In this document: positions 1-11,348 of the stretch, one piece after another
Layout: every line of letters begins with the position of its first letter
Position numbering within the stretch: the stretch's first letter is position 1
Source: Marsupella aquatica
Taxonomy: Eukaryota; Plantae; Marchantiophyta
Assembly (NCBI GenBank): GCA_973895155.1
Contig: OZ316893.1
Location: 23,148,015 to 23,212,014, forward strand
Direction of reading: 5' to 3'
Length of the DNA stretch: 64,000 nucleotides
Notes under the pieces: model-generated
Told to the model about the DNA's origin: nothing
The model's input: only the letters and a program-made list of their open reading frames with translations
The model's database searches: none
Translations under genes and position numbers: made by a program

Positions 1-813
1 TCATTCCAGTTGGTCCTTCTTTAGGGTTGTCGTCTTCCGTTAGCTCTAAGAGGATGGGTAATCGCACTCTTTCGACCTTTCGTGTGCTGTCGAACCTCCG
101 CTGAAAGTCATATGTCTCGCGTAATCTTGTCGGGACTAGCAGCATTGCTAGTTGCGGACCGGTTTCTCTCGGAGAGCACAGCAGAAAATTTGACGCTTTA
201 ATCGTGACTCCAAATTTCCTGATGGCTAAAATAATTTTGAAAGATAGTGTTAATGGCTGCAATGGAATTGAAGACATGATTAAATCAAAATCTGAAAGCT
301 ACTTCACTTATGCGGGTCCAGGGAGGGTACATTGTGCTATGTCTTACCCAGAAAAGTGAGACAGACTTGGCGTAAGATGGCGCTTTGTCTACCGCCTTCA
401 GTTTCCCCCTATTGGTTGTTAGGCGTTTGCTTTTAGAACTTTGCAACGGGCAGTCTTTGACTTAAGAGAATTCGTATCACTCGCCATTGAATGAGGGAAG
501 ATCTTGGTTTGCGTCATTATCGTTTCCTGCTGCATGCCGTACTTCAAGCCTTACCATCGTAGTAGGGTTTTTTAAGCCGAGGAGATATTTCTAGCAATAG
601 GGCCAGTTTTGCACACGGCAAAAACTGTGTGGTCGTTCTGGGAGGTATATCAAAGCTCTGGTTCTGACTGGTCATCTGTTTGTGGGATGGTGGGAACGAT
701 TATTCTTTCACGTCTAGGAGTAGGGGAATTGGCTCTGTTCCAAATTTGTCTAAATGAGCTACCGTATGTGCGACAAAGTCGTGGATGTCTGAACCCTTGT
801 TCTCGTGTATCAG

Positions 814-3454
814 GAGTTGGAAGAGATGAAGAAGCGTTTGAAAGAGATGGAAGAAGAAGCTGCTGCTCTAAGGGACATGCAAGCGAAAGTTGAAAAAGAG
901 ATGAGTGCTCAAGGTGAAATTCTAACAGTAATTACATGCTCGTTTTCATGTTTTGTTGTTTACTCATAATATTGCGGTAAGGACTTTTAACTGGATAACT
1001 GAATGTCTTGAATAATTGAAATTTGAAGGATCTACGGTCAGCGTCAAGGGTGCGAGTGTGTTCAAGTACATCCGCTGTATTTGATTTCAAAGGGACATTC
1101 TCCCTTGAAATGTCAGTAAGGGTGTCTACTGGAAGTCTGCTTTGTTGACGGTATCAGGATCGCTGCGGGCGTGTTTCTAAATTGATGGAACCTTAAAATT
1201 TTGGGCCTGGTTTTTGTATTATCAGATCCTGCAGGTGCAGCGGCTTCACAAGCAAATAGAGAGGAGGCCGATGCACGCTCTGTTTTTGTCGGCAATGTAA
1301 TGCTTCTGCACTACTTTCTTTCAATTACCAAATTTTCCTATTTGTCAAAATCTACTTCTGTTGAAAGTATCCCACCTTACAGCACCTGTCAAATTTTCTT
1401 ATGAACTCGTGTTCAATCCATTTGATTGTACTGGATGCCCTAAGCAGGAGTCATTCGCTAGCATTTCCATAGGAGGTCAGTTAGGGTACCCCCCCGTTCA
1501 CCCTCTCGGGTTTCAGGAGACATGATTGTGGGGTGTTAAATGTACAGGTGGATTATTCTTGCACGCCGGAAGAAGTTCAACAGCATTTTCAGTCTTGCGG
1601 AACAGTGAATCGAGTGACCATATTGACGGATAAATTTGGGCAGCCGAAAGGGTATGGATAATGACGGGCGTTTTTTTCTGTGTTTATGGAAGCACTTCTT
1701 GTAGCGTTCGTTTAGTTTTTTATAATGTCCTTGGGCTGTTTTGGTAGCTGATAAACAGCCGGGTGGAGTAAATAAATGATAGCAAGCAGTGGAAGCAATG
1801 AGGACTGTCAGAAAAGGATCCTTGAGGATTTGACGTCTTTGACTACTGAATTACCCCCGTTGGCTGCCGTAAAGAAAGTCGCCATCCTTAATTCTGACTA
1901 GCATGAGATATAGTGGATCTTTACATGCTGCACGTGCTAGTGAAGAAGTTTAGTGCCCCTCTTTCTTCAAGTTATTCTGGATGCTTAGGTAGTAGCGCAA
2001 GGTGGTGTTCTTCCCACTACTGAATTAGATACTAGTTCTGGTGTTGAAGCCTAGAAGCTGGGTGTTACTGAGCTTCTCCACAGGGCATTTGATGTGGTGG
2101 TTGATGTTCTGCTTTGTCGAAGCTCAATAGGGAGGCTCAATGGTGCACCCTGTAACCATTATGTCATTTCTCATAGTGAGCGGTTGATTTGGACATTCGC
2201 AAGCACGAGTCACTCCCGGGTTAAGCATACCGTATTTGATTTAGTCAATACTAAAGTTGGCTAGTGAAGACACCTAAATTCTTCTTCCAGCTGCTCGGGG
2301 TAGAAAATCCTGCAAGGACCATACTACATCTCGGGACAACCCGAAAAGGTGTTCCGCATATTTTAATGTATCCCTAACTTGGTCACCATTTTGTTGTCTC
2401 CTTATGCGGTGTTCGATACATCGCCCCGATCGGAAACGAGATATTGTCCAGAAGTGGCCCTTTACATGAGGCACCTTGCGTGGTGGTCCAGCCTTGGCAC
2501 TCCAGTGCACTTCGCACTATTTCGAGTCCTGTACATGGATAGAGCGGGTGGGGTTTGCTGGTATCGAAGCAAGTTGAAAAGACTAATTACCTGGGATGTT
2601 GTCAGTTTTGGAGTGCGGAATTTGTCTTTCCGCCATTATACATAGAAAGTGTTGTTTGTTTTGTTTCAATCTAACCATTTTATTGTATGTAATTTGTTTC
2701 TAGGGTTCTGCTCGAGTAGATCATTGTGAATGAGGATGTTGTTCATGGCCATTAATATCTCAGTCCCATGTGATGCATCAGATACGCCTATGTTGAATTT
2801 CTGGAGGTGGAAGCTGTACAAAATGCGATTCTACTTAGCGAATCGGAGCTTCATGGTCGCCAACTCAAGGTATGAACTTCTGATCTGTTTGCTTAACATT
2901 GTTTTGGAAGCAAACATGTGGTTATCAGTAATGTTTGTGCTTTGCTGTTCCTGTTGTCTATCGTTCGATCAGAATTCTATTCGCGCAAGCAACTCTCTAT
3001 TCATGTCATCATGAAGATAACATCTCTATGGCTTTCAGGTTACAGCAAAACGAACGAACGTACCAGGAATGAAGGCATTTCGCGGCCGTCGCTTCAACCC
3101 TTATTTTGGGTACCGCCCGCGGAGGCCCTATCCGCCTCCCTATGGGTATGCTCCCTATGGTTATGGGTGGGTATCCACAATGGATCTCATCCTGACTCAT
3201 GTGGTGTGCATATTTCATAGCAACTTTTTTACCTATTTCTTTCTGTTCAATCTGTAGGTGCTTATAGGGAATGACTCCTGTCCATTCTTTCTTTTCCATT
3301 GTTTTGTAGGGATTCCTATTATTCCTTTTCCAGATGCTGTTTTGATTTCTTTTTCATTCCCCATCCTTGTGCTGAGTAATTTTCCCTCTGTATCTATTTT
3401 AACAGGAAGGTGCCAAGATTCAGGAGGCCGATGCGGTACAGGCCTTATTACTAG
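814..3454 (+). CDS. PABN: Nuclear polyadenylate-binding protein (PABN/PABPN1 family), 5'-partial, 6 coding exons
   Basis: GT-AG exons 814-913, 1226-1296, 1548-1651, 2782-2869, 3039-3166, 3406-3454 splice in frame to [179 protein letters not shown]. This is the coiled coil, single RRM (RNP2 VFVGNV, RNP1 KGYAYVEF) and R/P/Y-rich tail typical of plant PABN. No start exon was found; it probably lies upstream of the window. Confidence 0.97.
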
Positions 3455-4919
3455 GCAGATGTCAAATTCCATGCCTACACTAGTTGTCCGAATTTGTGGT
3501 AGAGAAGTAGAATGTGAACTGCGATTCATCTACTGCCGGCTCATCTGGAATCCTGGGCATGAATTTGAAGCTCTACCCACACTACCTAGTACCTTGTGTC
3601 ATGTAGTTCCAGACCTGCCATTTTAGAAGGCTTTAGCGTGTTGCCTTATGTTCGCGACCTTCATGGTCTTCGGGCCTGATCTTGATGCTAGAAATCTCTT
3701 GCCTAAGAGTAGACACAAAAGCATGAAGGCAGTCAAAAGGCTCTTTCAGTGGGAAGAAAGTGGAGGATTGTCCACTGCACTTTGAGGAGCAGGTTATTTT
3801 TCAAGTTCCCTAGAGGATCCCAAGTTTTGATTCGAATCTCATTGCTGTGTGATTGCGGCCCTTACAAGCTCGCTCTTTTTGGTGTGCGGTAGTTACGATC
3901 CGATTTGTGGTACACACGTGATTTGCCGAGAGTTCATTTCGAAAATTTCTGGATGTTTCCTTTAGTAACACATTTGAGGTGTTGACCTCATGGTTGTGTT
4001 AATCTTCCAGAATCTGTTCTGTGAAAGGAGGGTACATACTCAAGAGCCTTTCGGGGACCCCCGCTGATATGGAGTCCCCATGTAGAATGCGTCCGTTGGT
4101 GCTACACGACTGGACAGCGTGCGAGTGATATTTTCAGTAAGACATGGGTTGAGTGATGGATTGACAGATGACAGATTGCTGTTTTGTTTTTTGTTGTTTT
4201 TGTACGTAGAGCAGAGTGCCAGCTTTTTGGAAGAATGTCTGAAGACAGCTGATCAGTTTCAGAATTTGTTCAGTGATTTCTTCGGTTAGCACACTAAGAC
4301 TGAACCGGTCAGGGCCAGCTCTAGTTGCATTTACAAAGTCCTAGATTTTCTCACAGGTGGAATTGAAGGCTTTGATATTCTGTAGGTTAGTTTTATGTTC
4401 AAATTCTTGTGAACTAGTGTAACTGTTTGACTGCCTTACTGGTCTTGTGAATGTGTGCTTTGAGTGAAATGCCGTGTGCTGCACTGCTCCGATAGGAGTT
4501 GAGTTTTTTGCTATTGGGTCCATTCTAATAAGAAAGGTGAGTGGCTGGACCTTTGAGAAGTTTTTGCATTTTTTCGCAGACTTAAGATTTAGGGAAGTGG
4601 TCTGCTCTGTAGTAGTGATTCCCGGATTGATTCTTGAAATATCACGGTTCGTTGCAGTGGGTACGAATCTTAATATCTCTGGCGGCAATGTTGCCTAGCT
4701 GCCATATAGCTGTTGTCCAACTCTATTGTGTTGCCAGGGTTCCTCTTGGAGTCGGCCTTGTGATTGCTTAAGTTCGCGAATTGTTTTTTGTGAAGTCGAA
4801 GGACGGTGGGCTTATTGACTTTGGCACCTGGTTACATGGTTAAGCATCTGCTCAAGGTTCATTTTGGTATAGCTCCATTTTGTGTAGAGCTGGCTGGATG
4901 TGTGTACTTTCTCCTGCAG

Positions 4920-5093
4920 GCGGAAAAGAGAGCAGAAAAAATTCAAAGGCCGAGAAAAGAAAAAAGAGAGAAAAAAAAGCAGAAAGAGAAGAAAAAGCAA
5001 AAGAAAAAGCAAAAAGAAAGAGAAAAAAAAAAAGTCAAAAGAGAAGAAAGGGAAAAGAGCAAAGAAAAGGCTGAGAAAAAGCATAAAAGCAAA
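4920..5093 (+). repeat. A-rich purine low-complexity tract
   Basis: About 170 bp of (A)nG runs, almost no pyrimidines; immediately preceded by an acceptor-like TACTTTCTCCTGCAG. Confidence 0.85.
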
Positions 5094-7102
5094 ATGGCAT
5101 TTCAGTGAAAGCTACTGCTCCACGAAATCTTCAGGATACGCTGTGGACCTGTCCCTCAAATCCGGTTTCTTGTGATGCGATGTTACTTCGTCCTTGAATA
5201 TTTAGTCTGGTAATTATCTGCACTATCTGCTCGGTCATACAAAAGTCTCTGAAAGTCATCGCTTGGAGAAGGGTTGTGTGCTATTACGTTAGTGGATCTC
5301 GAGGTCATTGAGGATGTCTCCTGGTCATGAAATACCAGCCGTTGTTTCTAACGCAAAGTCATGGATAGACAGTCTGTGTAGAGTTGTCTGCTGCAATAGT
5401 CAGGGTGCTATCATGGCATCAGCGTAGGTAGACTACCTGACTTCGACAGGCCGAGGCTGGACCCCGAACACTCCCACAAACGCGATGGTTGGCAGACATC
5501 TCTAGAGCACGACAATAGTCGTGGTCGGATGTTTGATTACCGCAAAGAGGGTCGGATGGAAATAACTTTTCCACAGACGCAATTCCCGGGAGACACGTCC
5601 ACTGCACGAAAATTGCTAAGGTAAAGTGTTTGGTTCTGTGAGCGTGGTCTGTGGAAAAGACAATGAGGTAGACCAATCGATAGAAGATTTGTATTAGTTG
5701 TTTGTGAGAGACATCTGGGTAGACCGATGGACAGGAGATGTTTACTAGTTATTTGTGAGACGATGAATCTTTGTAGGGGGCAAGGGTGATGGAGAAATTC
5801 AAAAGAGATGCATTACCCCACACAAATAGGAAAGACACACAGGTAAATAATTGGATAAGTCTCCGGGTCCCCTCCTCCACTAATTGTAGCGTATGCCCAG
5901 TAAGAGCTTGCGCCTGGGAAGTTCCGCGTATGATAGAACTTCCAGGCAGTGGTTTTGCACCCTCTCTCATAGACTTCATAGTGTCGTAACTTGTACTCCG
6001 CTCCTTTTCTGGCATTTGGTTTTCCTTCAATTTATTTCAATCCTACAGTAGCCTGTGGGTTCATTCGCTCTATTTTGTATTTCTGAATGAGCTACAAAGA
6101 CACGCAGTTATACTGTTTCATGATACTACAAGAATCTTGTGAAATCGATGTCAATCAATTTCCAATCAATCACGAAAGCAGAGGAGATTGGAGTGGGGCA
6201 GTAGACACTGAAACAATTTCTTCAGTTCAGGGATGGTTGATGATTACGCTTGTACTGAGATGGTCAGAGGAGAGACAGAAAAAATTCCGGGAAATAAATT
6301 TTGTGAAGAAGGTGCAATTGGAGTCACCCTGCTGAAGTGTTGCCGACCTATGCTATGCGTGGCTAGAGCAGAACTTTAGTATTCTAAGCTGGTTGAATAA
6401 TCTCTGATTGGCAGATTGCAACGTTGGGACGATAACCACAACCTAGAACAGATCGATTCATGCGTTCGAAATTATACGTCTGCTGTCAACTTGTATGGTT
6501 GCATTAATGAAGCTGCATGGTCTTGTACTCATCAGACTCTGTAGCCTATCAAATATGCACGACTCTGTCAATTCGAGACCATCTGCACCAATCTCGTACT
6601 GCTTGTCGATTATGCATCTGTCAAATGTCGATTAAAAATCACGTGCGTTATCGAAATAGTACACGAAACAATAAAAGGAGGACAGAAGAAGAAAAATGAA
6701 AAAATGGAGGACATGAAAGTAGAGAGGGCGAAGATTTCTGAACTGACTGCTTGTTATGGAGAGTTAAAGCACGCTAGTCTGAAAACGGTGTCCTTATTAG
6801 TTTCTTGAAAGATTGAGCATATTCTAGAATTCTCCTTGAACATGAGCGTGGCTATAGATTTGGATGATGGCATGGTGTGGGCGTTCTCAAGGAGTTATCT
6901 CACGGAAGGGGGATTGACAGAAGGGACGATTGCAACCACAGGCAGGCAATCTTTGAAATGTGATGCTAAGGAACTACCATCAGAAGAGAGCTCGAGAGAT
7001 TGCTGTACATTAAAGCACATCTTGTAGATATCACTGCCTCCATAGTAAATCAAAGAATGAGAACGGACGAGACTGAGCACCTAGAACTATAATGTTCAGC
7101 AA

Positions 7103-7129
7103 AGGGTTCAGGGTTCAGGGTTCAGGGTT
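7103..7129 (+). repeat. Interstitial telomere-like repeat (AGGGTTC)~4
   Basis: agggttc agggttc agggttc agggtt, a TTCAGGG variant of the plant TTTAGGG repeat. Confidence 0.7.
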
Positions 7130-7349
7130 GAGCTTGAGACAAAAGACAAAACGATGATGGTAAGGACAAGCAACCATAGAAAACTGCTCAAGCTCTGAAA
7201 TGTAGACAACGAGCTACCATCAGAAAAACGGCTGGAGAGACTGTCCTACAATTAAACACCTACTTGCTTATGGAAACTTCATTGCCTACAAGGCAAGTCA
7301 ACGAATGAGGATAGCAAGGCTGAACACCTAGTGTAGCTGACCTGACTAC

Positions 7350-7625
7350 TCTCTAGCCAAGAAAAAGCAGACATAAGAAATCATCTTGCGAAGTTGGTCT
7401 AATGACATACCCCATATACTAAAGATGAGCTTACCATGACTACTTCGCTAGCCAAGAAACCAGACATGAGAAGCAATCATCTTGGGAAGTTGGTCTAATG
7501 ACATACTCTTATACTAGAGACGAGCTTGCTGTCAACCCAATGCAGACATGAGAAGTTATCATCTTGGGAAGGTGTTCTAATGACATACCTCATATGCTAG
7601 AGATGAGAGTGGTGTCAACCCAATC
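7350..7625. repeat. Degenerate tandem repeat, 3 copies of ~80-95 bp
   Basis: Recurring core cagacat(g/a)agaa...tcatcttg(g/c)gaag...tctaatgacatac...atact(a)(a/g)aga(t/c)gag. Confidence 0.8.
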
Positions 7626-8300
7626 CTAATGTTACAAGGCAGGTCCTCTATGGATGTCTGGATCCCATGTTATAACACTTTCAAGTTTAAGAACCTTTGG
7701 GGCCAAGCGTCTTGCTGGGACCAAGCTCTGCGCCTGGACCCAGAAGTGGCACTGAGCCAGGGCGTTTGTTGTGGACTGTCATTGCACTGGAGTACTTGAG
7801 CACAAACTGTGCCTGGACTGACGTCAAGCCAAGATTGATGTGCATCCTTCAAAATGGCTTTGTTCATCCCTTGTACAAAACAACTACTACAATATGGATG
7901 ACCAATTTTTTTTTAACACTATTTTTTGGCATTGGGGTACGCTAATGGAGATGTCAGCCAATCGACAACCAAAGTTACTGGTCAAGTTTAGGACGGATCT
8001 CCTTACAAAAAGAAAAATTCACATCAGGTGCAATGAAACATAGAGATATTTAGTTCATTTTAGGAAGGCTTAATAAGAATTTCTAGCAAGTGTCCTCACA
8101 TGATTGACTTAACATGAATCTAGGAATATAAGTATAAGTAAAGTAAAGTTTTGCACGTGATATAATTCTATATATTGAGTGAGACCCTCAAAGGGCGGAT
8201 GATAGTTCAAGCACTAAGCACAACCAACACCTGACTTGGTGCCATTCCTGGTCCAGGCTAGTAGGTGTTTTGCCTCAAAGTTAATCAACTTTAATGTGCC

Positions 8301-8410
8301 ACAACATGAGACCTTGATGTTTGTTGAGGACATGCCTTGTAGCAGTACAATCAGGACAACATGAGACCTTGATGTTTGTTGAGGGCATGGTTTGTAGCAG
8401 TACAATCAGG
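8301..8410. repeat. Tandem duplication, 2 x 55 bp
   Basis: acaacatgagaccttgatgtttgttgagg.catg..ttgtagcagtacaatcagg occurs twice back to back. Confidence 0.85.
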
Positions 8411-10889
8411 TTGACTTAGTGCTCATCTCTAGGATATGAGGTTTGCCTTTACACCAACTTTAAATTTGAGTTGCGACTTCCAATGCCTTGTTTCCTTGGC
8501 TAGAGAGTAATCCTGAGAACGATTTGGAACGTTTTCCCTCAATGTAACAAGTCCACATGTTAATTACAATGAAATGCAAGTCTAACCTTAATTTGGCCAT
8601 CTACTTAACTGCAATAATAACATTAGGGTTGATTTTTGATGGCTTTGCACAAACCAGGTTACTTAGACAACTCTTACATAGTTCTATCTACCAAGAAACC
8701 AAACCTACTGTAGACCAACTCAAGGTTTTTAGTCTAAAAGTACAGCCCGTCAATTAGCTAAGTGTCACTCAGGTTCCCAACTAAGCACTATTCTTACACT
8801 GGTCATAGCTATCCCTCCTAACTATCAAGGTAATTAACTATGGCACCCAGTTTTTGCTGCTACATGCAATGATCAATAATCTCATTGACTTCACATTCTA
8901 AGTGTCACTCAAGAGGGATAGGATTGGGTTGGAAAATTTTAGTGCAATCTAAAGTTTGTCATCTACTTACATGAAAAACGGGCCGGGCCTATCTTCCACT
9001 CTTGAGGCATATCCAACAGAGAAGTCCTTGTGAGCCTTACAAAAGATTTGATATGGCCTTGCCCCTGGGGAGTCACTTGTTGGATTATTAGAACGAGGTG
9101 CAGACTAATGCAGGTTATTTTTCATCCCTATGAAAAATAGGCTACTATATATAATAAAAAATTTATACTAAAGGTACTCAAAAATCCAATTTTGGCAAAA
9201 CCAAATAGGTTGTTTTCAACAAGTTATATGAAAATTTTGACAAAGTAACCTTAGAAAGGGTACAATATTTGTTTTTTAATATGATATAATTTATCTTGTT
9301 AGTTCCAAATTTTGTTTTCCCCCCATGGGTCCTTGCATGTCGCGTAGAAAATTTGAACATGACTGAATTTCAAATTGATTTGCTGCGGTATTAGTCACAT
9401 TCCATGGGCCATCAGTGTATGTAAAATAATGAAACCCACTTGTAAACCCTTGAATGTTATTTCTCTTTCCCCATACACATCTCCCTTGTTATCAGTAATA
9501 ATTTTCTCCTTAGATGCACCTCACTTTCCGCCCTGTTTTGACACTCCGTATTGAGAATGAAATAGACTGGATGTCTATAACACTCCCTTCCCCTTTCAAC
9601 CTTGGTATTTTACTGGGGGTCCTTTGACCATGTAAGTGGTGGCATTGCTGAATTGCAAAAATGAGGAACAACCTAAGAAAGGACTTGCACCAGAGCAAGG
9701 AATCAGAGAAGCCTGCAAACTCAACCATTCCAGCTCCAAACCATTATGGAAAAAGCCAAGCAGCAAACTGTTTTCAACTCTGTTTTCAACTCTTGCCGGC
9801 CTCTTGGTTAGTTTGAAAGCCCAAATCATGCAAACTTTACAAAAAATAGGATAGCAAATTTCAGGTCAAACAGAATGAAATCTGGAAATGTAAAATTTAC
9901 CAATTGGCTCCAAAGTTTGTTGGTTTGCAGAAACGCAGCTATGTAGCCAAGCCTTTGGCTGACTCATGGTAAGCTACAGCGTACACCACAATATTTAAGA
10001 CTTAGCGTCACTACCAAATTAGTGTTTAAAATGCTAGTAAAACATGGGTGATCTTGAGTCCAAAGTAAGAGTAGTTCTTGTGAATTTTTCAAGAATGGAT
10101 TTCCCCCCTTATTTTCACACTCTTGAGACCACACTAACATTAATTTTTGCCAGCAGAATTAGTGTTATAACATAATTATTGTGAATAACACTAATTCATG
10201 GGTAGAGCCCAGAAATGTCTGCCCAGTGCGAGTGCGAGTTACATTAATTATGGTGAGCAGTGTGCTCTAGGATGAGTGTGAGTTACACTAATAATGGTGA
10301 CAGTGTAGCTTATCCAGCCCAAAACACAACACTAATAATGATGAACAGTGTAGGTTATCCAGCCAAAAACACAAATTCCAGCCTGGGCACGAGTCAATTG
10401 GACTTATTCTTTGAACTCATTGCTGTGGTTCTAACTCGAAGTTAATTATTTATTTAGAATTCATAATTGTTTTCAGAACAGTGAACAGAGCTTGGGGATT
10501 CGCCTAGAGAAATGTGGCCCCTGTCTTATTTGTGCTCTGTGCTCCATTCTAACACGAAAACACTAGAATAATCATGATTGGGTCTTAACTTGCTGAAACG
10601 CCATGCTAGTGAAATGAAATAAACTCTCATGCTACTATTGTAAGCATCTATCAAATGAGCCAACTTTGGTGAGTCAAGTTTCTCATTGCTCAGTTTGGCA
10701 TTGCAGACAATCTCTTCAGACAAAAAACTGAATTGCATGCCAAACCATGCAGCTTTGTAAGGAATTTTGGTCATGGTTTTGATCTAGAAATTAAAACCTC
10801 CCTTAGAAGAAAGAGATTTCATTCTACCATTCTTCGATTTTGATCGCTAAAAGTAAAGACTTGACACTAACGTTAGTTAACTGAAAACC

Positions 10890-11348
10890 CTTTTGCAGAA
10901 TATTAGCAAAAGAGAGAACTGAAACACGAACAGAAACTTAGATTGAAACAGCTTTGCAGCAAAAGAGAGAACTGAAACACGAACAGAAACTTAGATTGAA
11001 ACAGCTTTGCAGCAAAAGAGAGAACTGAAACACAAACAAAATCAAATACTTAAAGTGGAAAGCACTTTGCAGAATACTAGCTTAGAGAGAGAACTGAAAC
11101 ACAAACAAAAACTTCCAAAACAGCTTTGCAGCAAAAGAGATATCTGAAACACAAACAAATACTTAAAGTGAAAAGCACTTTGCAGAATACCAGTTTAGAG
11201 AGAGAAGAGAAACACAGACAAAAACTTCCAAAACAGCTTTGCAGCAAAAGAGAGATCTGAAACACACACAAAAAAACAAATACTCAAAGTGAAAAGCACT
11301 TTGCAGAAGCTTAGAGAGAGAAGAGACAAACAAACAAAAGCTTCCAAG
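10890..11348. repeat. Minisatellite, ~53-60 bp unit, ~8 copies
   Basis: Unit gctttgcagcaaaagagagaactgaaacacgaacagaaacttagattgaaaca, with an exact 53-bp period from 10951 to 11004; later copies alternate between two variants. Confidence 0.9.

Noticed and set aside
4806-5175. K/E-rich and F/L-rich ORFs as independent genes
   Set aside because: All frames are open simply because of the low-complexity A-rich tract.
10890-11348. CRISPR-like array
   Set aside because: Whole units repeat with no unique spacers; eukaryotic context and no cas genes.
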